From positions 24,263-88,262 of the forward strand of contig JANQZS010000093.1 in the NCBI GenBank assembly GCA_030728405.1: a stretch of DNA of 64,000 nt, in the 5' to 3' direction. This stretch comes from Candidatus Nanopelagicales bacterium (lineage in GTDB: Bacteria; Actinomycetota; Actinomycetes; S36-B12). A program made the position numbers and the translations under genes. The first letter of the stretch is position 1. The number at the start of each line of letters is the position of its first letter. A model generated the notes under the pieces. The model was not told the DNA's origin. It made no database searches and saw only the letters and a program-made list of their open reading frames with translations. Of the stretch, positions 29,800 through 38,321 are shown piece after piece.

Positions 29800-32700
29800 G
29801 ACGCCTCCGAACCTTTCATGCCTTCAGAAAAGATCACGGCGTCGCCATCTTCATCAGGATCAGGATCAAGAACTCGACGTTGCGGCAAAGCAAGAACCAC
29901 CAAAGTCAGGAAGACGATGAGTTGGAACCACAACCAGCGATCACGCACGCCGGTATCGAATGTGACAGTGACCGGCTGTTCGCCTGCCGGAAGGAGAAAT
30001 GACTGTGACCACGCTTCGGGCTCAGGTGATTGAACTGATGGCAACACCACCTGCTGACCGGTTGCCGGATCGCGTGAGACTGCTTGCCAGCCTGAATCCG
30101 GGGGTGATCCCAGAACGAGGGCCCGCTCCCCATCGCCCGGCGGTAGCAGCGATTCGATGTAAGGGTCGACGCTCGATCCTGCAATATCGAACAGATCGAT
30201 CGCGACAGGATCTTCGCCTTGGACAACGCGTGCCCGAGCGGTTTGGCCAGCTATTCGCCAGAGCACGGATTCATCTGCAGAGGAGAGCCTGCGCAGACCC
30301 GGCTCACCATCGAGAACCGGGATCAATTCAGGTGATGTGCCGCGAGCAAGCAACACGTAGCGCACCCCGTAACCGGCGAGTGCTTGAACCTCATCTCCCC
30401 CGCGACCAGATGCCAGCGCGGCCACGATCGGGTCAAGGGCGGCCCAGTATTCAGCTGGCGGTGACACATCGGCATCACCAAGAATCGGGCCTTCGCCGTT
30501 GATGAGGGAGTACAAGACTTTGCCAGCTTTGGTGTCGAAAAGAACCAGAGTGCGCGGTGCCTGCGGGCCGAGAGCGTCGGCAGCTACAAATGCCGGCACA
30601 GAGGCGACCGGGGCTCTCTTCACAAGATCATCAGTGGCCGGAATCCACCATCCTGCGGAAAGGATCGGTGCCAAAACGGCAGCCAGCACTGCGATCGCAG
30701 CTACCGGCTGACCCCACGACAAACTCTGGCCGACAAATCGGGTTCGCAATCCCTGCGCCGCCACACCTGCGGCCGTGATCAAGGCAAGTCCAAGCAGGAG
30801 GGTTGCCGGCCCTGGCCACGTGCGCATGGGGGTGGTGGTTCCAGGGGGCGTAACAAGCACCATGGTCTGGAAAACCCCAAGGGCCAGCGCTGCAATTGCC
30901 ACGACCCAGCAGGCCACCACTATCCGCAGCCGATCCATTCGGAACAAAGCGATGAACCCGGCCAGGACAATGCCTATCGAAATCCATAGTGGAGTCATGC
31001 CTGCACCACCTGGATGCAGCAGCAAGACATCGATCGCTCTCAGGTTTGGATCACCCAATGCCGGAGAATTCAGGCCAGGTCCCAGTAGGAACAGGGTGGG
31101 ATTAACGAGAAGTTGGAACGACCACGGAGCTGTGACCAGCACCGATCCCACCATCGCGATGGCGAAGCGGATCGCCAACGGCGTCGCTGACGAGCCAGCA
31201 GTCACGAAGAAGTAGCCCGCAGTAATCACAACCATGATCAACGCGATCAACCACAGTCCTGGAGCCACCGCTAGAAGAACCCCGAGTAAAAGGGCAGTCC
31301 CTGCCGCGCGGCGCATCGTGCCTTGCGGTCGTGAGATTCGCACCAGCGATCGAATGACAAATGGCGTGATGATGGCCGCCATCGTTGTTCCGATGCGACC
31401 CTGTTCGACGGCTCCGGTCATCGCCGGCAGCAGCGCATATGCAGTGGCCATCCAAATGCGCACGGGTTTGCTATCGATGAACCCTCGGGTAGCGAAATAT
31501 AGCGACCACCCTGCAATGGGAACGGCGAGCAAAAAGACAACAGCGATGGCCCACGATGCCTTGCCGAGTAAGACCGTTGCCGTTGTCGCGAGTACCGCTA
31601 CGTACGGCGGCATCGCCACCGTCGATCCCATTCCGACGTCATGCCATGAACGCAGGTAGGTCGACCACAGATCACTCGCGCCCGATAGCGCCGGTAGCAG
31701 CGCACCGCCTTGGATTACGCCATCGCCCCACCAAACGGATCGGGTGGCAATAACAGCGATTACCGCAAGGAGCAGTGTTACGAGCACACTCGGTCGCCAC
31801 AGAATCCTGCGAACCCAGCCGCCAGTTTCGTTGGCGAGATAGTCGGCGTCATCGCCGCCAGGTCCACTCTCCAGCCCACTCACCGATGCCATGGACGCAG
31901 GCGAGTTACTGGTGGCGAGGAAAGCCGTAGCGTTTTCAAGTACCGCGCGAATCTGGTCAAAGGTCGACGGCCGCAGAGACCGGGTCACTGATGCAGGTTC
32001 GGTCGAAGTTACCGCGATGAGTTTGCGGGAGGACCGGAGCCGACGAGGTCGTGCCAGCACCGCCACTACCGCGGTGGTTTCCTGTCGCGCAGCCGAGACG
32101 TCCTTGCCAAGTAGGTAAATGAGTGACCGCATCGCGCTACCCAGCAGTAGGCGCAGCCCTAAAAAGAATCCGACGACACCGGTGTTCTGAGCGAGCAGAA
32201 CATGCACTGCGGCTTCGCGATCTTCCTGGTGCGGGTTCTCCGTTGCCGCTCGACGACCGTGCGCCGATGCCTCCCGGTGATGCAGCACTGCGTCGGTAGC
32301 CACCATGACCCGCTCGCCCATGCGGTGAGCTCGCCAACAGAAGTCAAGGTCATCGCGAAAAAGCGGAAGTTGCGGATCAAACCCATTGAGCGCATCCCAC
32401 ACATCTCGGCGGACGAGCATGCCGGCGGAAGAAACGGCCATCACATCTCGAGCCCCATCGTGCTGGCCCTGGTCATGTTCGCGCCGCTCGAGGCCGGTAA
32501 CCCTGCGCCCATCGGCAGTGACGCTGACACCCACCTCCAACAGCAGTCTCCGGTCGTGCCACCCCAAAATCTTTGGTCCGAGAACCGCAACGCTCGTATT
32601 GGCATCAGCAGTACGCAGCAGCGCTTCCAGACAGGAAGGGTCGGCCGCGCTGTCATCGTGGAGAAGCCATACCCACTCGACCCAGTCAGTGGGCAGTTCA

Positions 32701-33074
32701 GGAACTCGTACGTGCGCAAGTCCAACGGCAACGGCAGCACCAAAGCCGGAATCGCGGTCTTGATGCACGATCCGATCTGCACCTAGTGACTCGCGCAAGA
32801 TGGCCAAACTGGAATCAGAGGACGCGTTGTCTACGCCCACAACCGCCTCTACGGGCCGGGTCTGCTGAGAAAGCGTGGTGAGGACGGCGGGCAGCCATAC
32901 GGCGCCATCGTGAGCCACCACCACTGCGGTCACGAAGTGATTGCGCGCGGGCATGAGGAAATCCCCTTCGGGATCCCACTCGTCTTCAGGGGCAAACCAC
33001 TCCGAGATCTGATCTGAGGTCTCGCCCACACCGACGAGCTCCTCAGGCAGGCCGGCTTCCTCAGTCACCGTCAC
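29796..33074 (-). CDS. Giant membrane glycosyltransferase: an N-terminal GT2 catalytic domain plus a polytopic C-terminal domain
   Basis: The GT2 core reads VTAVVVAHDGAVWLP...LLHDDS. More than 10 hydrophobic helices follow. The start is uncertain (GTG 33074 or 33068, or ATG 32954). The listed ORF start at 33353 would overlap whiB. Confidence 0.75.
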   Translation of the reverse strand: MTVTEEAGLPEELVGVGETSDQISEWFAPEDEWDPEGDFLMPARNHFVTAVVVAHDGAVWLPAVLTTLSQQTRPVEAVVGVDNASSDSSLAILRESLGADRIVHQDRDSGFGAAVAVGLAHVRVPELPTDWVEWVWLLHDDSAADPSCLEALLRTADANTSVAVLGPKILGWHDRRLLLEVGVSVTADGRRVTGLERREHDQGQHDGARDVMAVSSAGMLVRRDVWDALNGFDPQLPLFRDDLDFCWRAHRMGERVMVATDAVLHHREASAHGRRAATENPHQEDREAAVHVLLAQNTGVVGFFLGLRLLLGSAMRSLIYLLGKDVSAARQETTAVVAVLARPRRLRSSRKLIAVTSTEPASVTRSLRPSTFDQIRAVLENATAFLATSNSPASMASVSGLESGPGGDDADYLANETGGWVRRILWRPSVLVTLLLAVIAVIATRSVWWGDGVIQGGALLPALSGASDLWSTYLRSWHDVGMGSTVAMPPYVAVLATTATVLLGKASWAIAVVFLLAVPIAGWSLYFATRGFIDSKPVRIWMATAYALLPAMTGAVEQGRIGTTMAAIITPFVIRSLVRISRPQGTMRRAAGTALLLGVLLAVAPGLWLIALIMVVITAGYFFVTAGSSATPLAIRFAIAMVGSVLVTAPWSFQLLVNPTLFLLGPGLNSPALGDPNLRAIDVLLLHPGGAGMTPLWISIGIVLAGFIALFRMDRLRIVVACWVVAIAALALGVFQTMVLVTPPGTTTPMRTWPGPATLLLGLALITAAGVAAQGLRTRFVGQSLSWGQPVAAIAVLAAVLAPILSAGWWIPATDDLVKRAPVASVPAFVAADALGPQAPRTLVLFDTKAGKVLYSLINGEGPILGDADVSPPAEYWAALDPIVAALASGRGGDEVQALAGYGVRYVLLARGTSPELIPVLDGEPGLRRLSSADESVLWRIAGQTARARVVQGEDPVAIDLFDIAGSSVDPYIESLLPPGDGERALVLGSPPDSGWQAVSRDPATGQQVVLPSVQSPEPEAWSQSFLLPAGEQPVTVTFDTGVRDRWLWFQLIVFLTLVVLALPQRRVLDPDPDEDGDAVIFSEGMKGSEAS

Positions 33075-33099
33075 ACTGTACGCGGCGTAATGACGAAGT

Positions 33100-33357
33100 T
33101 CAGACTGCGCGCTTCTTGAGGCGACGGCGCTCTCGTTCGGACAATCCGCCCCATATTCCGAAGCGTTCGTCTTGCTCGAGGGCATACTCCAAGCAGTCGA
33201 CGCGCACCTCGCACGAGAGGCACACCTTCTTCGCCTCTCGGGTGCTGCCACCCTTTTCTGGGAAGAACGCTTCGGGATCAGTTTGCGCGCACAGGGCGCG
33301 CTCCTGCCATGCCAATTCCTCGACGTCAGACAACGGCACAAGCGCCATGTCATTCAC
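33100..33357 (-). CDS. whiB: WhiB-family Fe-S transcriptional regulator (WhiB2-like by synteny)
   Basis: Four Cys residues are present (C-x22-C-x2-C-x5-C). The GIWGG turn and the basic tail RERRRLKKR follow. The GTG start is preceded by GAGGAGG. Confidence 0.9.
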   Translation of the reverse strand: MNDMALVPLSDVEELAWQERALCAQTDPEAFFPEKGGSTREAKKVCLSCEVRVDCLEYALEQDERFGIWGGLSERERRRLKKRAV

Positions 33358-33551
33358 GCGTAGGACCTCCTCGACCCACAGTGGACTGGGCCACTGTTTT
33401 ACTCGACTGCTGTATTACAGACGTGTGATTCCACCACGTCAAGTCCGAAAAGGGCAAATCGGACACAAATTATGAAAAAACCTGGAATTTGATCGAAATG
33501 ACCACAAAAAGTCCCCCGGGACTGGGACATCACCCCTTCGACGCTCAGCGG

Positions 33552-33571
33552 CTTGCAGCCGAGGCTGCAAG
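33552..33571 (+). promoter_or_regulatory. Perfect 8-bp stem / 4-nt loop hairpin overlapping the presumed fbiA ribosome-binding site
   Basis: The sequence is CTTGCAGC-CGAG-GCTGCAAG. The AAGGA at 33569-33573 lies 7 nt before the ATG at 33581, and its first 3 nt sit in the 3' arm of the stem. Confidence 0.4.
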
Positions 33572-33580
33572 GATGCCGTC

Positions 33581-34585
33581 ATGCAGATCACAGCCCTCGC
33601 CGGCGGTATTGGCGGCGCGAGATTTTTGCGTGGACTTCAACAACATCTCGCACTCGAAAAGCTCGATGCTGAGATCACCGTCATCGGAAACACCGGCGAT
33701 GACATCTGGATTCATGGCCTGCGGGTCTGCCCCGACCTCGACACAGTGATGTACACCCTCGGCGGTGGCATCAGCGAAGAACGCGGCTGGGGTCGGGAGA
33801 GGGAGACGTTCAGCGCAAAAGAGGAGTTGGCCGCCTACGGGGTTGAACCCACCTGGTTCGGCCTCGGCGACAAGGACATCGCAACCCATCTCGTACGGTC
33901 AACGTCCTTAAGTGCGGGTTACTCCCTCGCCGACGTCACTACAGCTCTGTGTCACCGCTGGCAACCAGGCGTTCGGCTGATCCCCATGAGCAATGAGCGC
34001 GCCGAGACCCACGTGGTGGTCGACGACCCCAGCGGTGCACTCGATAGCAATGGGGCACCCATGCGCATCGCTATCCATTTCCAGGAATGGTGGATTCGAT
34101 ACCGGGCGGCTCTGCCCGCGCATGAATTTGTCATTGTCGGCATTGACGATGCCCGGCCTGCTCCTGGCGTGCTTGACGCCATTGCAGAGGCTGACGTGAT
34201 TCTTCTTCCGCCCAGCAACCCCGTGGTATCTATCGGCACGATTTTGGCTGTCCCCGGTATTCGCGATGCCCTGCGATCGGCATCCGCGCCTGTTGTTGGC
34301 CTCTCCCCCATCGTGGGTGGCGCGCCGGTTCGTGGGATGGCAGATGCCTGCCTCACCACCGTGGGCGTTGAAACGTCTGCCCTTGGTGTCGCCGGCTTGT
34401 ACGGTGCCCGCACGCAATCTGGAATTCTCGATGCCTGGCTCATTGATGAATCCGATGCGCACGCAGTTCCCGCGATTGAAGCACTCGGCATTCCATGCAG
34501 TGCGATACCGCTCATGATGAGTGATCTGGACGCCACTGCTGCCATGGCTGCGCAGGCGCTTCGCGTCGCTGGCACGCACGTCTAA
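33581..34585 (+). CDS. fbiA: 2-phospho-L-lactate / EPPG:FO transferase (CofD/FbiA), F420 biosynthesis
   Basis: The N-terminus ITALAGGIGGARF and overall CofD-like sequence fit. The gene lies next to whiB and fbiB, as at Rv3260c-Rv3262. Confidence 0.88.
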   Translation: MQITALAGGIGGARFLRGLQQHLALEKLDAEITVIGNTGDDIWIHGLRVCPDLDTVMYTLGGGISEERGWGRERETFSAKEELAAYGVEPTWFGLGDKDIATHLVRSTSLSAGYSLADVTTALCHRWQPGVRLIPMSNERAETHVVVDDPSGALDSNGAPMRIAIHFQEWWIRYRAALPAHEFVIVGIDDARPAPGVLDAIAEADVILLPPSNPVVSIGTILAVPGIRDALRSASAPVVGLSPIVGGAPVRGMADACLTTVGVETSALGVAGLYGARTQSGILDAWLIDESDAHAVPAIEALGIPCSAIPLMMSDLDATAAMAAQALRVAGTHV

Positions 34586-34594
34586 AGCGTTGCC

Positions 34595-35947
34595 ATGCAA
34601 GCACTTCAGGTGATCCCAGTCTTCATCGATCGACGCATCCAAGCCGGTGATGACCTTGCTGAACTCCTGCACGCTCACCTGGAATCCATCATCTGGCCTG
34701 ATGGCTCCCGCTCTCTCACTGACGGCGATGTGATTGTTGTGACCAGCAAAATCGTGTCGAAAAGTGAAGACCGAATTATCCAAGCGAGTAGTCGAGACGA
34801 AGCCATAGACCGGGAAGCAGTTCGGGTGGTAGCTACAAAAACCACACCCAAAGGCGTGACAAAAATTGTGCAAACGAGGCACGGTCTGGTCATGGCCGCG
34901 GCAGGAGTCGATGCAAGCAACGTTGATGAGGGCACCATTGCGCTGTTGCCGGTCGATCCAGATAGCAGTGCCCGCGCAATGGCATTGACCCTGCGCGCAT
35001 CTTTAGGTGCACAGGTGGCCGTCGTCATCACCGACACAATGGGTCGGCCCTGGCGCATGGGCGTGACTGATGTCGCGATCGGTTCAGCAGGCTTGCAGGT
35101 GCTCGACGATTACACCGGGCGCACCGATTCATACGGTCGCACATTAGAGATGACCATCATCGCGATTGCCGATGAGATCGCAGCTGCCGCCGATTTGGTC
35201 AAAGGGAAAGTCACCAACGCACCTGTTGCAGTTGTGCGTGGAATGGCGGAATTTGTCACCGCTGATCTAGATTCTGGAAGTACGGCGCTGATCCGCCCAC
35301 TTGATGAAGACCTCTTTTCCCTTGGTACCGCTGAAGCTTTTTCCCTAGGCCGCCGCGAGGCTGCAAGCAATCGACGCACTGTTCGAGCATTCACACATGA
35401 CCATGTGGCTGATGAGGTGATCAAGGAAGCGATCTCATCAGCCATCACCGCACCTGCCCCGCACCACTCCACCCCTTGGCGATTTTCGGTGTTGCGCCAA
35501 GGCGCGCAACGCACCGCACTTCTTGACGCCATGGCCGCAGCTTGGCGCAGAGACCTCAGTGCAACACCTGGTATCTCACCCGCGGAAATCGAGAAAAGGA
35601 TCGCCCGCGGCGACCTTTTGCGCACCGCTCCCGTTGTGATTGTGCCGTTTATGGATCTGGCAAGCGGCGCTCATACGTATCCTGATGAGGCGCGGAGCGG
35701 CTATGAACGCGACATGTTCCTCGTTGCCGGGGGTGCCGCCGTGCAAAATCTGCTGATCTCCATTGCCGCACAGGGTCTGGGATCAGCATGGATTTCCTCC
35801 ACGCTGTTTTGCCCAGAAGTCGTGCAACGTCAGTTGGATCTCGACGAAACCGCGCTTCCACTGGGGGCAATTGCTATCGGCTATCCGGCAACAACCCCAG
35901 CGCCGCGGCCGCCTGCTGACCCATCAGTGTTCGAGCTGCCTACTTAG
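34595..35947 (+). CDS. fbiB: Bifunctional F420 gamma-glutamyl ligase / dehydro-F420-0 reductase (CofE domain plus nitroreductase-like domain)
   Basis: 450 aa. The N-terminal CofE-like part reads VVTSKIVSKSE...DASN. The C-terminal nitroreductase-like part reads RRTVRAF...PHHSTPWRF. Confidence 0.85.
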   Translation: MQALQVIPVFIDRRIQAGDDLAELLHAHLESIIWPDGSRSLTDGDVIVVTSKIVSKSEDRIIQASSRDEAIDREAVRVVATKTTPKGVTKIVQTRHGLVMAAAGVDASNVDEGTIALLPVDPDSSARAMALTLRASLGAQVAVVITDTMGRPWRMGVTDVAIGSAGLQVLDDYTGRTDSYGRTLEMTIIAIADEIAAAADLVKGKVTNAPVAVVRGMAEFVTADLDSGSTALIRPLDEDLFSLGTAEAFSLGRREAASNRRTVRAFTHDHVADEVIKEAISSAITAPAPHHSTPWRFSVLRQGAQRTALLDAMAAAWRRDLSATPGISPAEIEKRIARGDLLRTAPVVIVPFMDLASGAHTYPDEARSGYERDMFLVAGGAAVQNLLISIAAQGLGSAWISSTLFCPEVVQRQLDLDETALPLGAIAIGYPATTPAPRPPADPSVFELPT

Positions 35948-35953
35948 AACTGC

Positions 35954-36478
35954 CTACTTAGGAGCGACGACCAATACCTCAGGCCGTGGCGTAAGCGGCG
36001 GTGATGGCACATTCGCCTGAGCCGGGGCGTATTTGTCGTTCCAGAAGTACGACGAGCCTGGGCATAACTGCATAACGCTCATGCCGTATGTGCCTGTCTT
36101 TTTAGGCCACGCAACCTTGATGGGCAAGAACGTAGGGGTTCCGAACGGGATCGGTGTTCCCTGGTTGATCCACGTGATGTGCCACCCGCCCTTAGCCTGC
36201 TTGCGCACCGAAGAGGTCCAGCCCGGGACAGCCTGCGGCTTCACGGCCCGCCAAGGTGCACCAACAAATGCCTCGACCTGAACAGTGGGCTCAGCGGGCA
36301 GACAGCCGTGCTGGATTTCTAGCGTCATGACACTGGTTGTGCCAGCAACGGCACTGCCTTCATCGAGTTCGATGATGCCATGAGCATGCGCCGGGGCGGC
36401 CAGAGGCGAAAGAACAGTAAGGCCGCCAGCCAAAGCAGCGACCGCCGTGGTGCGGGCAATGCCGCGCAGGCTTGTCAT
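35954..36478 (-). CDS. YcnI-family (DUF1775) secreted copper-binding-type protein
   Basis: The signal peptide ends in AHAHG. A mature N-terminal His is followed by a beta-rich domain. Confidence 0.55.
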   Translation of the reverse strand: MTSLRGIARTTAVAALAGGLTVLSPLAAPAHAHGIIELDEGSAVAGTTSVMTLEIQHGCLPAEPTVQVEAFVGAPWRAVKPQAVPGWTSSVRKQAKGGWHITWINQGTPIPFGTPTFLPIKVAWPKKTGTYGMSVMQLCPGSSYFWNDKYAPAQANVPSPPLTPRPEVLVVAPK

Positions 36479-37554
36479 GTGCGATCACTCGAAAAGCGCA
36501 CGGTCAGCGCAGCAAGGTTGGTGTCGGGCCACACTCGCACCCCTGTCAGTAGCTCGTTTCCATCACCGATCATCGCTCCATCACCGATCACAGCTCCCTC
36601 AATACAACAGTTGGATCCGATAACGGCGCCGGCGCCGACGATGGAATTGTAAATGCGGGACCCAGAGCCAATCACTGCAGAGTCGAAAATAACGGAACCA
36701 TCGACGTACGCACCTGCGCGCACCTCGACATTTCGACCGACCGAAGAACCACCGGTCACCGTGGCATCAGGGGCGATCTGCGAACCACCCAGCACCAACG
36801 ATGGACCTGGATTGGGCACTGCCGGAGATGGCGCCGCACCGAGCACCAAGTCACGGCTTCCTTGTACAAATGCAAGTGGAGTACCGAGGTCGAGCCAGTA
36901 GCCGCGATCCACCACACCGGTCACGAGCGAATCGCCAGCAAGTAATCCAGGAAATGTCTCCCGCTCGACAGAGACTGGCCGGCCACTTGGGATGGAATCG
37001 ATGACGCTCTTGCGAAACACGTAGCAACCGGCATTGATTAGATCGGTCACAATCTCTTCAAGAGTTGTGGGCTTTTCCAGAAATGCAATAACCCGACCAG
37101 ATTCATCGAGTGGCACCAATCCATAGGCGCGCGGATCTTCCACCGGAGTCAGGTACAACGTGACGTCGCTATTAGTGGCTTCGTGGTGTCGAACAAGGCC
37201 GGCTATATCGACACCGGTGAGGACGTCGCCGTTGAAAATCAGAACTGGGTCATCTGGGCCACTGGTGAGATGAGGAAGTGCGTGCCGAATCGCCCCGCCA
37301 GTGCCCAACGGCTCATCCTCGGTGGCAATAACAATCTCGATGCCGAGATCGGCATCATCGATGAACTCCCGAAACACATCAGCTCGATAGCTAGTCGCCA
37401 AAATGATTCGGGTCACACCGGCATCGCGCGCTCGCGTGATCTGGTGGACCGTGAATGGCACGCCAGCCACCGGAAGCATTGGTTTGGGGGTGTTGATTGT
37501 GAGGGGACGAAGTCGCGTCCCTTGGCCGCCCACCAGGAGCACTGCTTCGGTCAT
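36475..37554 (-). CDS. manC: Mannose-1-phosphate guanylyltransferase (NTP-transferase domain plus left-handed beta-helix tail)
   Basis: The N-terminal motif is LLVGGQGTRLRPLT. Hexapeptide repeats lie at the C-terminus. Synteny matches Rv3264c. The start was chosen at MTEAVLL. Confidence 0.85.
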   Translation of the reverse strand: MTEAVLLVGGQGTRLRPLTINTPKPMLPVAGVPFTVHQITRARDAGVTRIILATSYRADVFREFIDDADLGIEIVIATEDEPLGTGGAIRHALPHLTSGPDDPVLIFNGDVLTGVDIAGLVRHHEATNSDVTLYLTPVEDPRAYGLVPLDESGRVIAFLEKPTTLEEIVTDLINAGCYVFRKSVIDSIPSGRPVSVERETFPGLLAGDSLVTGVVDRGYWLDLGTPLAFVQGSRDLVLGAAPSPAVPNPGPSLVLGGSQIAPDATVTGGSSVGRNVEVRAGAYVDGSVIFDSAVIGSGSRIYNSIVGAGAVIGSNCCIEGAVIGDGAMIGDGNELLTGVRVWPDTNLAALTVRFSSDRT

Positions 37555-37589
37555 TCCCTCAGCCTGCCACATGACTAGATTGCCTATTC

Positions 37590-38321
37590 ATGAACGATAT
37601 CTGGTCCCTGCTTACCCGGCGGCATAATCCGGCTTTACCTCTCGTGACCTATGTCGACGCCGATGATGGGTCGCGGACTGAGCTCTCAGGCATTTCTGTT
37701 GCCAATGCAGCCGCCAAAATCGCCAACGCCCTTGTCATGGAGTTCGACGCTGAACCCGGGACCCGCATCGCACTTTCTCTCCCTTGGCATTGGCAGCGTG
37801 CCACGTGGCTTGGCGGGATCTGGGCCAGCGGCTGCATTGCCGTGGTGGATGAGGATCAGTTCACGTCGTGTGATCTTGTTGTCACCGATGAGCGTTGCTG
37901 CTCTCGAATGCTTCAACTCGGCTGCGGCGACGTGTTAGCAGTTTCTCTGCACCCCTTCGGCTTGCCCATCACCGTCGGTTTGCCTGATGGGAGTCGCGAT
38001 GTGACCATCGATGTTCGCAATCAACCTGATGCGCTTCTCGTGGGCGGTCAGTTCGCTGATGCCGCTGCACTCACCATTGAAGGAAAAACACTTTCCCAAG
38101 ACCAAGTTCTCGACGCTGCAGAAGACCTAGCCACGCTCTGGAGCATTGCTCATGGCAGCCGTGTTCTTGCCGCTGCTGCAGATCTGAATCCACAATCAGA
38201 GTGGATTGCCCCACTTGCGCTTCCACTGCGCATCGACGGATCCGTGCTCATGGCGGAGGTGTTTTCAGCAGAACTCGCAGCTGGTGAGGGCGCTACAGCT
38301 AGGAGCCGACCACCACAGTGA
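37590..38321 (+). CDS. TIGR03089-family protein of unknown function, conserved next to manC
   Basis: The N-terminal pattern is PLVTYVDADDGSRTELSGISVANAAAKIAN...LPWHWQRATWLGGIWASG. Confidence 0.6.
   Translation: MNDIWSLLTRRHNPALPLVTYVDADDGSRTELSGISVANAAAKIANALVMEFDAEPGTRIALSLPWHWQRATWLGGIWASGCIAVVDEDQFTSCDLVVTDERCCSRMLQLGCGDVLAVSLHPFGLPITVGLPDGSRDVTIDVRNQPDALLVGGQFADAAALTIEGKTLSQDQVLDAAEDLATLWSIAHGSRVLAAAADLNPQSEWIAPLALPLRIDGSVLMAEVFSAELAAGEGATARSRPPQ

Noticed and set aside
29796-33353. N-terminal extensions in the supplied ORF track. They occur at 29796-33353, 24937-26148, 55038-56258, 58484-59971, 49608-51050, 16900-17712, 9447-10031, 10973-12457 and 17709-19538.
   Set aside because: Each extension overlaps a well-supported neighbouring gene (whiB, Trm112, GT2, permease, mtrB) or a non-coding-looking leader. 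The family-typical N-termini begin at internal ATG/GTG codons, often with a Shine-Dalgarno-like sequence upstream.
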